64,000 nt of DNA from an uncultured Pseudomonadales bacterium (GTDB taxonomy: Bacteria > Patescibacteriota > Microgenomatia > UBA1400 > MFAQ01): the NCBI GenBank assembly GCA_964429015.1, contig CAYSAM010000003.1, positions 6,378 to 70,377 of the forward strand. The letters run 5' to 3'. A model generated the notes under the pieces. It was given only the letters and a program-made list of their open reading frames with translations. It was not told the DNA's origin and searched no databases. Shown piece after piece: positions 18,344 through 28,123 of the stretch (positions within the stretch are counted from its first letter, which is position 1; each line of letters starts with the position of its first letter). Position numbers and translations under genes: made by a program.

Positions 18344-18784
18344 ATGAAAACAACTACCCTAACACCCAAAGACATCACTCGTAAGTGGCACTTGGTCGAT
18401 CTAAGTGGTCAAGTTCTTGGTCGCTCTGCTGTCAAAATTGCTCGCCTTTTAGCTGGTAAAGACAAAGTTTTAACAGGTGACCATCTCGATAATGGTGACT
18501 ACGTTGTAGCTCTAAACGCCAAAAGTTTTGTTGTAACAGGCAAAAAACTAACCGACAAAATGTATTATTCTCACTCAGGATTTGCTGGTGGATTCAAAGA
18601 AAAAAACCTACAACAAATGATCGAAAAAGATCCTCGTAAGGTTATAGAAAAAGCTGTAAAAGGTATGTTACCAAAAGACAAACACCAACAAAATCGTCTC
18701 CGAAGACTCAAGGTCTACACTGACGACAAACATCCTTACGCTGTTCAACTTGGATTAGTCAAAAAAGAAGAAGCTAAGTCCTAA
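18344..18784 (+). CDS. rplM: 50S ribosomal protein L13
   Basis: RKWHLVD..GQVLGR; GDYVV; HSGFAGG; VKGMLP. Confidence 0.97.
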   Translation: MKTTTLTPKDITRKWHLVDLSGQVLGRSAVKIARLLAGKDKVLTGDHLDNGDYVVALNAKSFVVTGKKLTDKMYYSHSGFAGGFKEKNLQQMIEKDPRKVIEKAVKGMLPKDKHQQNRLRRLKVYTDDKHPYAVQLGLVKKEEAKS

Positions 18785-18814
18785 ATATAAAATATAAAAT
18801 TTAAAATAATCTAA

Positions 18815-19294
18815 ATGGCTCAAAAACTATCCAAAAAATCCAAAGTTGCAGTAAAACCAGTAAAATCTGCTGTTACCAAAAAAGGTGCCCTAACCATGCC
18901 CAAAGAGTTTTTCTCTGGTCTAGGTCGTCGCAAAACAGCTGTTGCTCGTGTTCGTATCTGGTCTGGTAAGCAAGAAATGGTTGTCAATGGCAAGCCAATC
19001 TCTGAGTACTTCAAAGGTGATGTTTTCAAAAAAACTTACAACGCTCCTTTCTTAGCTACAGACTCCCTTGGTCAGTTTACTGGTAGTGTCAAAGTTGCTG
19101 GGTCCGGCCTTATGGGCCAGGTCGACGCTTTAGTCCACGGTATTGCTCGTGCTTTAATCAAAGTCAATCCAGAAGGCTACAAACAAGTCCTTCGCGATAA
19201 AGGTTTCCTAACTCGTGATCCACGCATGAAAGAAACCAGAAAGCCAGGCCAAGGTGGCAAGGCTCGCTCCAAGAAACAATCTCCAAAGCGTTAA
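18815..19294 (+). CDS. rpsI: 30S ribosomal protein S9
   Basis: GRRKTAVARV; LTRDPRMKE; C-terminal KR. Confidence 0.97.
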   Translation: MAQKLSKKSKVAVKPVKSAVTKKGALTMPKEFFSGLGRRKTAVARVRIWSGKQEMVVNGKPISEYFKGDVFKKTYNAPFLATDSLGQFTGSVKVAGSGLMGQVDALVHGIARALIKVNPEGYKQVLRDKGFLTRDPRMKETRKPGQGGKARSKKQSPKR

Positions 19295-19298
19295 TCTT

Positions 19299-19330
19299 AA
19301 AAAAATACCCCCTGTTGGGGGTATTTTTTT
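19299..19330. terminator. Bidirectional-type intrinsic terminator
   Basis: aaaaaataccccc-tgtt-gggggtattttttt. Confidence 0.85.
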
Positions 19331-19344
19331 GCTAAACTACATTA

Positions 19345-22300
19345 GTGACCAGTTTTTTTACCTATCTTCACAAGCTTAACAAAGTAAAAGTTGGAATAAT
19401 TTTTTTATCTCTTTGTTTTTTGGTGTCAGTCGCCGTTTTTATTTTGCCTCAACTTCGTCAAACTGCGCGCATCAAACTTGGATCAGTAGACGGGCTAACT
19501 ATAACCGCTGATAAGCAGGACTCTCTCGGTATCTTCACCAATACCCAATTTACCGTCAAAACAGATACTGATCTGAGCTCTTCCGACATCAAAAAGAACC
19601 TCACCATTTTTCCTGCTACAGAATTCGATATTCAGCCGATTTCTGCACGTCAATTCACCTTAACTCCAAAACAACACCTCCTAGATAACAGTATCTACAG
19701 AATCGAAGTCAAAACCAATCAAAAAACTTTTTCGTGGGCATTTCAAACCAAAAATGATTTTCGTGTAGTCAATTCTCTTCCAGCCGACAAAACAGCCTAC
19801 GTACCCACAAACACAGGTATAGAACTAATTTTTAGCCACGACAACTGGGAAGATCCAAAAAGTTTCTTTTCTATTCATCCCAAGACGGAAGTAAGTTTCG
19901 AGCGCCACGGCCGGACCGCCTCATTTTTGCCTAAGTCCTTAAATCCCGGAACTCTTTATACCGTTACTCTCAAAAAAGGTCTAAAGCTAAACGGTACTGT
20001 CGATATCCTAAAAGACGATTTCACTTTTCAATTCGAAACAAAACCTTCCACTCCAATACAATCAAAAGTAAGCTTTTCCAAACTAACTTACGAATTTTCT
20101 GACACAGTAACACCAGCTTTCGATGTCTATGTTCCCAGTGAATCACTTTCGGCTATTTCTGCTGATATTTACAAATATCCCGGAGACTCAAGTTTTCTAA
20201 ATCATCTAAATGAAAAAATCTCTACCCCCTCGTGGGCAACTTACTCGGTTAGTAGCGATGTTTTACCAACTAACAATCTTACCAAAGTGGTTTCCCTAAA
20301 TCTAAATATTCAAAAGCAAAAATATAGTAACTTTTTCTCACTTCCCCAAACCCTACCTCTTGGACAATACCTTATCGAGGTATCTGCTGGTGGTCAAAAA
20401 TCCCAAGCACTATTTCAGGTTACCAATGTTTCCGCTTACTTTACCCAAAGTGGCACCAAAACTCTAGTTTGGGTCAACAGTTTAGCAAACGCTCCACTTT
20501 CTGGTGCTACGGTAACTTACAACAATAACAATCAGACCACCGATCAAAACGGCATCTCTTACTTCGAAACTGAACCCTCAGATATACAACTAGGTTTTCA
20601 AAATAAAACAACTATAGTTGCCGTGAAGCAGTCACTTGGAGCTCTTTATTTTCCTTTAAAGAGCGATTATTCTATTTTTTACCAAAAGCAATCACGCCAA
20701 TCAGATAAGTACTGGAGTTATATTTATCTAGACAGGCCCACCTATCTTCCAACAGATACTGTAAAGCTTTGGGGTTTACTCAAAAACAGAGATCTGCCAG
20801 ATAAAAAAACAGAATTTACCTTAGAGGTTACTCGCTCCGATTATCATTCTTGGGACTATCAGCCCATTGCTGTCTATTCCAAAAAAGTTACAACAACAGA
20901 TTTAGGAACCTATCTCGAAGAAATCAACCTCAATCAGTTTTCACCAGGCTGGTATACACTCAGTTTTAAGGTTGGTAATGATATCGTTATTAATTCAGGT
21001 TTTAGTGTTGAAACCTATGTCAAACCAGCCTACAAAATTTCTGTTCAACCTTCGGTCAAAGCTGCTTTTTCTGGAGATCAAATTAATCTTTTAGGTCAGG
21101 CCCAATTTTTTGAGGGGACACCTGTTGTTGGTTTACCGCTAAAAAGCTACAATTCTGACAGTAGTCTAGCTTCACTTACTCCAATCACTGACAACCAGGG
21201 TAAATTTTCAGTTTCTGTTCCTGTAAATAATGGTTCTGCAAATTATTCTCCTAATAATGTGAGTTTTACTTTCTCTCCAAAAAATCCTGAAGAGGGGCAA
21301 ATTTCTGGAAGCGCCAGCCTTGCTGTCTTTTCCTCTTCTCTCTATTTTCCTTATCCACGCATAGACAATAAAAACAATCAATCATCAGTTACTATCAACC
21401 TTCGTCAAGTAGATCTTCAAAAATACTCTCCCACAGCCGACCTCGCCGAGGTTTTTAATCCAGCACCAAATCAAAATGTTCACGCTGTTATTTATCAAAT
21501 CGATTGGCTCAAAAATCAGGTTGGTACGTACTACGATTTTATAAACAAGGTAACCTCTCCAACTTACGAATACTCACAATCTCAAAAGCAAATAGGGGAG
21601 TTTGACTTGGTTACAAATAGTTCTGGTCAAGCCACTTATAGTGTCAATCTCCCCGAAAATACAACATATAAAATTTCATTTTCTTCCAAGGATTCACTGG
21701 GCAGGACGGTTACTCAAGAAGCCATTTTGTACGGTAACAATTATGGTAATTCAGACGACAATTTTCTTTATCTAAAAACCGATAAAGAACAAGAGAAACC
21801 AAATACGTATAATATCGGCGAGCAAGTTAACCTTCATATTGAACAGGGTGGTAAAACTATAGCCGAAAACGAGTCAGACAAGTTTCTTTTTATTGTTTCT
21901 CAGCGCGGAATCAGATCATATTATCTCTCAGATAATGGCCTATTCAGCTTTAAATTTCCCGAAACCTTTATTCCAAACTTTTTTATCCAAGCAGTAAGAT
22001 TCAACGGTCAAACCTACCAAGCTACCGAAAATCTAAGCCTTTACTTCAACCAGGACTCCAAAAAATTAAACATTAAACTTTCCTCAGATAAACCTCTGTA
22101 CGAACCTGCTGATACTGCCAAAATTAACGTTACCACTTCAGACAATAGTGGCAATCCTATCCCTGCTGAAGTAGTCCTCAACGTGGTCGACGAGTCATAT
22201 TATGCACTCTTCACAGATTATCTCAATCCACTTTCAGAGATATACAAATCTGTCCAAACAGATATCATTACTACTTACGCCACACATCAATATCCAAGCA

Positions 22301-24528
22301 ACAACTCCGGAGCCGAAGGTGGTGGTTGTTTTCTTCCTGGAACCCAAATTCTTATGGCCGATGGAAAATCAAAAGGAATAGAGGAAATAAAAGTAGGTGA
22401 TAATATTAAAACTCGTCAAAGTCTCACTGACAAAAAACTAGTTAGTGCTAAGGTCAAAGAAGTCTTCACTCATCAAGTCAACGGCTACCTGCTAATAAAC
22501 AATCATCTTCGTGTCACCAAGGAGCACAACCTATATGTCAATGGTCGTTGGTTGACGGCAGGTGAGGTTAGGATTGGAGATAGTTATTTGTCAGTCGATG
22601 GAACTTACCAAACAATCAAGTCTATAGAGCCTCAGTCTGGTTTGTACAATGTTTACAACTTATCTATCGACAATCTTCACACCTACTTTGCTGAGGGCTT
22701 TTATGTTCACAACGAAAAAGGCGGTTCCCTTTTCAAAGACACAGCCTTTTTCGGCAACCTAACTACCAATAATCAAGGTCAAGGGTCTGTTGATATAAAA
22801 TTACCCGACAATCTCACTTCTTGGCGCGTGTCTTCAGTGGGACTCAGTTCCAATCTACAAGCAGGCAGTAAAACATTTCCACTGATTGTCAGGTTACCGT
22901 TTTTCCTCACCGCTACTCTTAATACTGACTACTTAGTTTCAGATAAACCTGTTGTTGTTGTACGCGCCTTTGGAGACAGTCTAGTTTCTGGTGATCAGGT
23001 AAATCTAAAAGTCGAGTCTTCTACCTTAAGTATCTCAAAATCAGTTTCTGGTCAAGCTTTCGAGCCCATAAAAATTGACATCAGTCCTCTAAAAGAAGGT
23101 CAACACAAACTAATTTTTACCGCCAGCTCACCAAAAGGTGGTTACAAGTTAGAAAGAACCATCAATGTTCTATCTACTCATCTTTCAAGGAGGTTTACAA
23201 AGTCTATCCCTCTAGCCGAAAATATTTCTTCATCCTCTTTTTCTGCTCAAAATCAAAAACTCGTAATTGCAGATCAAGGGTTAGGGAAGTATTATTCTCA
23301 ACTAACGTCTTTAACTTCCACTTGGGGTGATCGTCTAGATCAAAAAAACGCTCGATCCTTATCTCAGGAGTTGCTAAATCAATATTTCCAGGATCAAAAA
23401 CCCGTGGAGAAAATAGATTTCAATCTATACCAAACAAATACCGGAGGAATATCCCTCTTTCCTTACTCTGGTGCCGACATCGAAAACACATCCTTCATAG
23501 TAGCTTTAAGCAAAAATAAAATTGACAACTCCGCTGTTAAAAGCTACCTGTACTCAGCTCTTACCAAAGCAAAAGATCCAAATACCGCCAGTAAAGCACT
23601 ATTTGGTATTGCCAGTTTGGGTGAGCCGGTTCTTATCCAGATCAACAACATCATCGAAGATTCAAAAATAGATTTGGAGACAAAACTTTATCTTGGTTTG
23701 TCACTAGCAGAAATAGGTGACAAGGAAAAATCTTTATCACTCTACAAGGAGCTACTTGCCACAACCAAATTAGAAGAACAAAACATTTCCATCATTGCAC
23801 TTTTTGCTGACCTGTCAGCCATACTTGGTCAGTCAGAGGCAGACGATTTTCTTAACCGTGTCTTTACCACCTCATCTAAGGAGTACTCATTAGTAAGTCA
23901 AAAACTATTTGCACTTCAGAGTCTGTTACCAAGAGCCAGTACAGAACCAGTCGCTTTTACTTATAGTCTTGCTGGCACAGAAAAAAAGATCACTCTTGCC
24001 AAAGGGCAAAACTTAAACCTCTATGTTACGGAAAAGGACTTAGCCACTCTAAAATTCTCAAATATCTCTGGTCAAGCCATCATCACTTCTGTTATTTCTG
24101 TTCCTGTAGAGCCTGCCAAAATGGCAGCCAATTCCAGCCTAGTTCTTACCAGAACCTTTTATGTTGCGGGTAAAGAATCAACTTCAATAGGTGAATCAGA
24201 CTTAGTTAAAGTCGGTCTTACTTTCCAGATAAACGAAAATCTTCAAGATGGTTGTTATCAAGTTCAGGATGTTTTACCTTCCGGTCTAAAACCTGTTTCT
24301 GCCTTGTTATACCCCGGCCAAGACACCGATTTTTATCACTACCCCTACCAAATCGATGGCCAAAAAGTTAGTTTTTGTGTAACTAAAAACAGCACTAACA
24401 AAAATATTTACTACTATGCAAGAGTCGTAAACCAAGGCGTTTTCAAAGCAGAAAATGCCTTAATTCAGTCCTTAGCTAGCCCCTCCATTTTTACTCTCTC
24501 GCCTTCTTCTGAAGTAAATATAAAATGA
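19345..24528 (+). CDS. Membrane-anchored alpha-2-macroglobulin-family protein with Ig-like domains, Hint insertion and no CxEQ thioester
   Basis: N-terminal TM; YLDRPTYLPTD (MG), FSVETYVKP, DKPLYEPAD, VVDES, FKDTAFF, LPDNLTSWRV, QTNTGGISLF, D.LPSGL, YYARVV..GVF. Confidence 0.9.
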   Translation: MTSFFTYLHKLNKVKVGIIFLSLCFLVSVAVFILPQLRQTARIKLGSVDGLTITADKQDSLGIFTNTQFTVKTDTDLSSSDIKKNLTIFPATEFDIQPISARQFTLTPKQHLLDNSIYRIEVKTNQKTFSWAFQTKNDFRVVNSLPADKTAYVPTNTGIELIFSHDNWEDPKSFFSIHPKTEVSFERHGRTASFLPKSLNPGTLYTVTLKKGLKLNGTVDILKDDFTFQFETKPSTPIQSKVSFSKLTYEFSDTVTPAFDVYVPSESLSAISADIYKYPGDSSFLNHLNEKISTPSWATYSVSSDVLPTNNLTKVVSLNLNIQKQKYSNFFSLPQTLPLGQYLIEVSAGGQKSQALFQVTNVSAYFTQSGTKTLVWVNSLANAPLSGATVTYNNNNQTTDQNGISYFETEPSDIQLGFQNKTTIVAVKQSLGALYFPLKSDYSIFYQKQSRQSDKYWSYIYLDRPTYLPTDTVKLWGLLKNRDLPDKKTEFTLEVTRSDYHSWDYQPIAVYSKKVTTTDLGTYLEEINLNQFSPGWYTLSFKVGNDIVINSGFSVETYVKPAYKISVQPSVKAAFSGDQINLLGQAQFFEGTPVVGLPLKSYNSDSSLASLTPITDNQGKFSVSVPVNNGSANYSPNNVSFTFSPKNPEEGQISGSASLAVFSSSLYFPYPRIDNKNNQSSVTINLRQVDLQKYSPTADLAEVFNPAPNQNVHAVIYQIDWLKNQVGTYYDFINKVTSPTYEYSQSQKQIGEFDLVTNSSGQATYSVNLPENTTYKISFSSKDSLGRTVTQEAILYGNNYGNSDDNFLYLKTDKEQEKPNTYNIGEQVNLHIEQGGKTIAENESDKFLFIVSQRGIRSYYLSDNGLFSFKFPETFIPNFFIQAVRFNGQTYQATENLSLYFNQDSKKLNIKLSSDKPLYEPADTAKINVTTSDNSGNPIPAEVVLNVVDESYYALFTDYLNPLSEIYKSVQTDIITTYATHQYPSNNSGAEGGGCFLPGTQILMADGKSKGIEEIKVGDNIKTRQSLTDKKLVSAKVKEVFTHQVNGYLLINNHLRVTKEHNLYVNGRWLTAGEVRIGDSYLSVDGTYQTIKSIEPQSGLYNVYNLSIDNLHTYFAEGFYVHNEKGGSLFKDTAFFGNLTTNNQGQGSVDIKLPDNLTSWRVSSVGLSSNLQAGSKTFPLIVRLPFFLTATLNTDYLVSDKPVVVVRAFGDSLVSGDQVNLKVESSTLSISKSVSGQAFEPIKIDISPLKEGQHKLIFTASSPKGGYKLERTINVLSTHLSRRFTKSIPLAENISSSSFSAQNQKLVIADQGLGKYYSQLTSLTSTWGDRLDQKNARSLSQELLNQYFQDQKPVEKIDFNLYQTNTGGISLFPYSGADIENTSFIVALSKNKIDNSAVKSYLYSALTKAKDPNTASKALFGIASLGEPVLIQINNIIEDSKIDLETKLYLGLSLAEIGDKEKSLSLYKELLATTKLEEQNISIIALFADLSAILGQSEADDFLNRVFTTSSKEYSLVSQKLFALQSLLPRASTEPVAFTYSLAGTEKKITLAKGQNLNLYVTEKDLATLKFSNISGQAIITSVISVPVEPAKMAANSSLVLTRTFYVAGKESTSIGESDLVKVGLTFQINENLQDGCYQVQDVLPSGLKPVSALLYPGQDTDFYHYPYQIDGQKVSFCVTKNSTNKNIYYYARVVNQGVFKAENALIQSLASPSIFTLSPSSEVNIK
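22327..22713 (+). other. Hint (intein-like / BIL-type) domain inside A2M, aa 995-1123
   Basis: Block A CFLPGTQILMADG, block B VTKEH (TxxH), block F VYNLSID, block G HTYFAEGFYVHN; +1 residue Glu; no endonuclease. Confidence 0.93.
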
Positions 24529-26258
24529 AGTTTTGGCAGCTTATTCTTGGTTTTTCTCTGATGCTATCTATTGTCTTTTTGTCATTCCGGTCCCGGTCTA
24601 ATACTCAGTCCTCATCATTGCTAGTAGAGCGTGGCAATCCAGAGTCAATCTCGACCACCTTTGCCTACGATCAAAATACTTTTCTAAATTCACTTTCATC
24701 TTCAAATTTCTCAAAAAATAAATACGCAAAAGGAGTAATTATTCCTCATCACCTCCTGGCCTCTCCGCTTATTGTCAAAGGAATAAGTATGCTCAGCGTA
24801 ATTGATCCTCAAAGTACTGTTATTCTGCTATCTCCCAATCATGCAAACCTAGGAAGCTGCGACATTGTCTCTTCAAATCTTCCCTGGTCCACTCCATATG
24901 GAGAAGTCGAAATAGACAAAAAATTGCAAGATGAGTACTTAGTTTCAAAACAAATTTGCATTGATAATTACAGTATAAAAGAAGAACATGGTATCGCTAC
25001 CATCTTGCCATATCTTAAGTATTTTTACCCTCAAGTCAAAGTTCTCCCACTCGCATTTAAAAAAAATATTTCCGAGGAAAAGTTAGAAAAAATAGCCTCA
25101 TTGCTTTCACAAACTTTAAAATATCAAACTAACTTTTTAATTAGCTCAATTGATTTTTCACACAACCTTAGTCTTTCAGAGTCCCAAAAAAAAGATTTGC
25201 TAACCGAAAAATATATCGAATACAAAGACGTCAAAACCATAAAAAATCTTTCCTCTGACTTTCTAGATTCGCCATCGGTACTAATAAATACTTTGCAAAT
25301 AGCCCAAAAAAACGATCTTACTACAAATCAAGAAAATCACAAATCTTCGTACGATTTTGGCTCAAACAGCGATGGGGTTACAAGCTATTTTGTTTATAGT
25401 CTGACTCCAAAACAAACAGATCAAAATTTGACTCTTTTATTTGGCGGCGATGTTATGCTTGGTCGCTCTGTAAATACTCAAATTAGAAATTTTGCCGACT
25501 ATGCCTGGCCAACCAAACTAGTTTCCGAGTTCACAAAACAGTCAGATCTTTTTCTTATAAACCTAGAGTCACCATTCAAGTCAGGGTGTGAGCCAACCGA
25601 CAAGGGTATGGTTTTTTGTGCTCACCCCAATAGCGTGGCCACCCTCGTTAGCGCTGGTGTCGACGTTGTCAATATAGCCAATAACCATATTTATAATCAG
25701 GGCAAAGAGGGTTTATTAGAAACTATCAATATTTTAAATAAAAATAACATTGTATTTGTAGGGGCGGACCCCCGTGTCCGCCCGTTAGATAACCCATTTA
25801 GTTCAATCATCACCATCAAAAATACCAAAATAGCCATCTTAGGTTTCAATGATATTGCACCCTTTCCCCAAGAGGTAAACAAATTGACAGTAGAAAATCT
25901 AACAAGCCAAATTAAAGGTGTTCGTTCTCAGGCAGACTTAGTCATTGTTACTTTTCACTGGGGAAACGAATACCAAAAAGCCAGCCCTCGTCAAAAGGAG
26001 TATGCTCACCTAGCTATCGACCAAGGTGCAGATGCCGTCATCGGTGCCCACCCTCACTGGGTGCAAGAGTTCGAGGAATACCAAGGCAAGCCTGTTTATT
26101 ATTCACTTGGCAATCTGGTCTTCGATCAAATGTGGTCCGAGGAAACCAAAAGTGGACTATTAGTAAAGCTTACCTATCAGAATAAAAAGCTTATCAAAAC
26201 CGAAAACTTTCCCGTAAAAATCGAAAACTACGGCCAACCGTATATAATCAAATTATGA
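24525..26258 (+). CDS. AmmeMemoRadiSam protein B (MEMO1) fused to CapA/PGA_cap metallophosphoesterase
   Basis: IIPHH, SPNH, W.TPYG, EHGI, SIDFSH then GDVMLGR, NLESP, ANNH, HWGNEY, GAHPH, YSLGNLVFDQ. Confidence 0.9.
   Translation: MKFWQLILGFSLMLSIVFLSFRSRSNTQSSSLLVERGNPESISTTFAYDQNTFLNSLSSSNFSKNKYAKGVIIPHHLLASPLIVKGISMLSVIDPQSTVILLSPNHANLGSCDIVSSNLPWSTPYGEVEIDKKLQDEYLVSKQICIDNYSIKEEHGIATILPYLKYFYPQVKVLPLAFKKNISEEKLEKIASLLSQTLKYQTNFLISSIDFSHNLSLSESQKKDLLTEKYIEYKDVKTIKNLSSDFLDSPSVLINTLQIAQKNDLTTNQENHKSSYDFGSNSDGVTSYFVYSLTPKQTDQNLTLLFGGDVMLGRSVNTQIRNFADYAWPTKLVSEFTKQSDLFLINLESPFKSGCEPTDKGMVFCAHPNSVATLVSAGVDVVNIANNHIYNQGKEGLLETINILNKNNIVFVGADPRVRPLDNPFSSIITIKNTKIAILGFNDIAPFPQEVNKLTVENLTSQIKGVRSQADLVIVTFHWGNEYQKASPRQKEYAHLAIDQGADAVIGAHPHWVQEFEEYQGKPVYYSLGNLVFDQMWSEETKSGLLVKLTYQNKKLIKTENFPVKIENYGQPYIIKL
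25758..25783 (+). repeat. REP-like palindrome inside the CapA coding region
   Basis: gtaggggcggacccccgtgtccgccc, translated as VGADPRVRP; same design as the REPs at the RAYT gene. Confidence 0.8.
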
Positions 26259-27394
26259 AAAAACTTTTTACCCTACTTTTTTTAATTGCATTCATTTTTG
26301 TTACAAAACCAGTTGAGGCTGTTTACTTTGGCTCTGGCGAAAAACTTTCTTTTCCCAAAACTCAAAAATTCAACGAAACAGTTTTTGTTGCTGCTTCCGA
26401 CCTAAACTTCGAAGCCGACGTCACTGGGGACCTTCTCTGTGCCGGTCAAAATATTACTATCTCCGGCAAAATTACCGGCGATATTCTCTGTGCAGGTCAA
26501 AATATTACTATCACAGGTACCGTCGACGGCAACGTCCGCGTAGTAGGCCAACAGGTTAATCTAAATGGTTCTGTATCACGCAACTTAAGTGTTGTTGCTC
26601 AAGTCCTAAAACTTTCTAGCAGCTCCAATATCAAAGGAGATATTTACTACGGAGTCCAAAGTGTTGATTTGCAAGGTGTTTTAGGTCGAGATCTGGCCGG
26701 CGGCTCAGAAAGCATCAATATTTCTGGGTCGCTATTAAGAAACGCCAAAATAGCCGCCAACAAAATAAATATTGACACCAATGCTAAATTGGGAGGAGAT
26801 CTAGAATACTTTATCGAAAAAACCGGTACTGCCAACCTCAACGAAAAAAGTATCAAGGGGAAAGTTACTCGCCACGAAGTCGAATTAAAGGAAAAAGATC
26901 AAATCAATAGTGGTATCAAAAAAGTTACGCCTGCAATTGTAGTTACTAAAACAGTCCTCTCAATCATATCCTCAATTTTGTTAGCTTGCATGCTTTTGTA
27001 TTTTGTCCCTGCTAGAGTTTCTCAAGTCGTCACAGTTCAAAAATCTCATCCAGTTAAATCAGCCTTTGTTGGTTTGGCGGTTTTGGTTACCACGCCTTTA
27101 GCTATTATTATTTCTAGTATTTCTATAGTCGGTTTGGGATTAGCTGCTGTTATTTTACTTTTTTACATAATTAGTCTTATTCTTGCTTCTAGGTTTGTAG
27201 CTATTTATATCGGTGGTTTGTTAATGGAAAAAATCACGGCAACTGGTAAGTCAGTGTATCTTAGCGCTGCACTAGGTTGTTTGGCTTTTGGCATAGTCGC
27301 TATTATCCCTGTAGTTGGACCAATTGTTTCTTTCCTAATTTTTCTAATTGGGCTTGGATCAACTTTTCTCTCATACCTCCCCTCAGAAAAATAA
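26255..27394 (+). CDS. Bactofilin-like beta-helix repeat membrane protein
   Basis: Signal peptide; GDLLCAGQNITISG repeats; C-terminal multi-TM region. Confidence 0.75.
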   Translation: MKKLFTLLFLIAFIFVTKPVEAVYFGSGEKLSFPKTQKFNETVFVAASDLNFEADVTGDLLCAGQNITISGKITGDILCAGQNITITGTVDGNVRVVGQQVNLNGSVSRNLSVVAQVLKLSSSSNIKGDIYYGVQSVDLQGVLGRDLAGGSESINISGSLLRNAKIAANKINIDTNAKLGGDLEYFIEKTGTANLNEKSIKGKVTRHEVELKEKDQINSGIKKVTPAIVVTKTVLSIISSILLACMLLYFVPARVSQVVTVQKSHPVKSAFVGLAVLVTTPLAIIISSISIVGLGLAAVILLFYIISLILASRFVAIYIGGLLMEKITATGKSVYLSAALGCLAFGIVAIIPVVGPIVSFLIFLIGLGSTFLSYLPSEK

Positions 27395-27405
27395 CCAGGT
27401 TCAAC

Positions 27406-27505
27406 CTGTCATGCCGGTCTTGATGAGTTTGTCCCGAGTACCCCCTCGGGAGCATCCAGTCCACGTCATTGCGATGCACGACTTTAGGTCGGCCGCGGCA
27501 ATCTA
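27406..27505 (+). repeat. Composite palindromic repeats (GTCATGCCGG with nested hairpin, plus GTCATTGCGA family)
   Basis: ctgtcatgccggtcttgat[...cccgagtaccccctcggg...]gcatccagt then cgtcattgcgatgcacgactttaggtcggccgcggcaatcta. Confidence 0.75.
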
Positions 27506-27562
27506 TAAAAATAAATTCCACTTTCCTGTTCAACCAAACATATCTCTTGCTACAATTATTTA

Positions 27563-27859
27563 ATGCCCATTCACCACTCACTTCACAAAATAAAAAAGAC
27601 CCATACCGACTATCTAGATTCCACCATGTCCGTCGTTGCTTTTATCAGTCCATTTGCAGTTACCCCTCAAATTCTCCAAATCTACCAAACCAAAGACGTC
27701 CAAGGAATATCACTTGTAACTTGGATTATTTCTATTCTTTCTTCTGTAATTTGGCTTGCTTATGGCTTACACCACAAAGATAAGCCAATAATCTTTAACT
27801 CAATCTTAGGAACTCTCTTCTGTTCTATGATTACTGTAGGAATATTAATATACAGATAA
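27563..27859 (+). CDS. SemiSWEET / PQ-loop family transporter
   Basis: PQILQIYQTKDVQGIS...WLAYG...PII.N. Confidence 0.85.
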   Translation: MPIHHSLHKIKKTHTDYLDSTMSVVAFISPFAVTPQILQIYQTKDVQGISLVTWIISILSSVIWLAYGLHHKDKPIIFNSILGTLFCSMITVGILIYR

Positions 27860-27884
27860 AAATATTGATACTCATCCTATATTG

Positions 27885-27955
27885 TCGGGGTACTCGGAAT
27901 TGAACCGAGATCATGCGCACCCCATGCGCACATACTGCCGTTATACTATACCCCG
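27885..27955 (-). tRNA. tRNA-Pro(GGG), CCA not encoded
   Basis: Minus strand CGGGGTA...TGCGC-ATGGGGT-GCGCA...GGTTCAATTCC...TACCCCGA; followed by CAA rather than CCA. Confidence 0.93.
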
Positions 27956-28123
27956 TAGCTAACAGAGTTATTTTATCACGCATATAGAAACCTAACTTAA
28001 TATTTTAATTTGACATGGGTACTTGCAAAAATAACCCGAAAGGATTAAATTGATTCTTGTAGGGGATGACTCCCACGTCAACCCAAAAAATAAACAATAA
28101 AAATAAAAATTAACCAAAACAAA

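Noticed and set aside
22327-22713. Canonical mobile intein with homing endonuclease
   Set aside because: Only 129 aa, no LAGLIDADG/HNH motifs, and the +1 residue is Glu rather than Cys/Ser/Thr.
27303-27581. Short ORFs 27303-27581 (-), 27348-27563 (+), 27469-27783 (+)
   Set aside because: They are read-throughs of palindromic repeats or alternative frames of real genes.
28058-28076. Hairpin gtaggggatgactcccac upstream of recA as an SOS box or REP
   Set aside because: Too short and degenerate to assign; it does not match a LexA box I can recognise.
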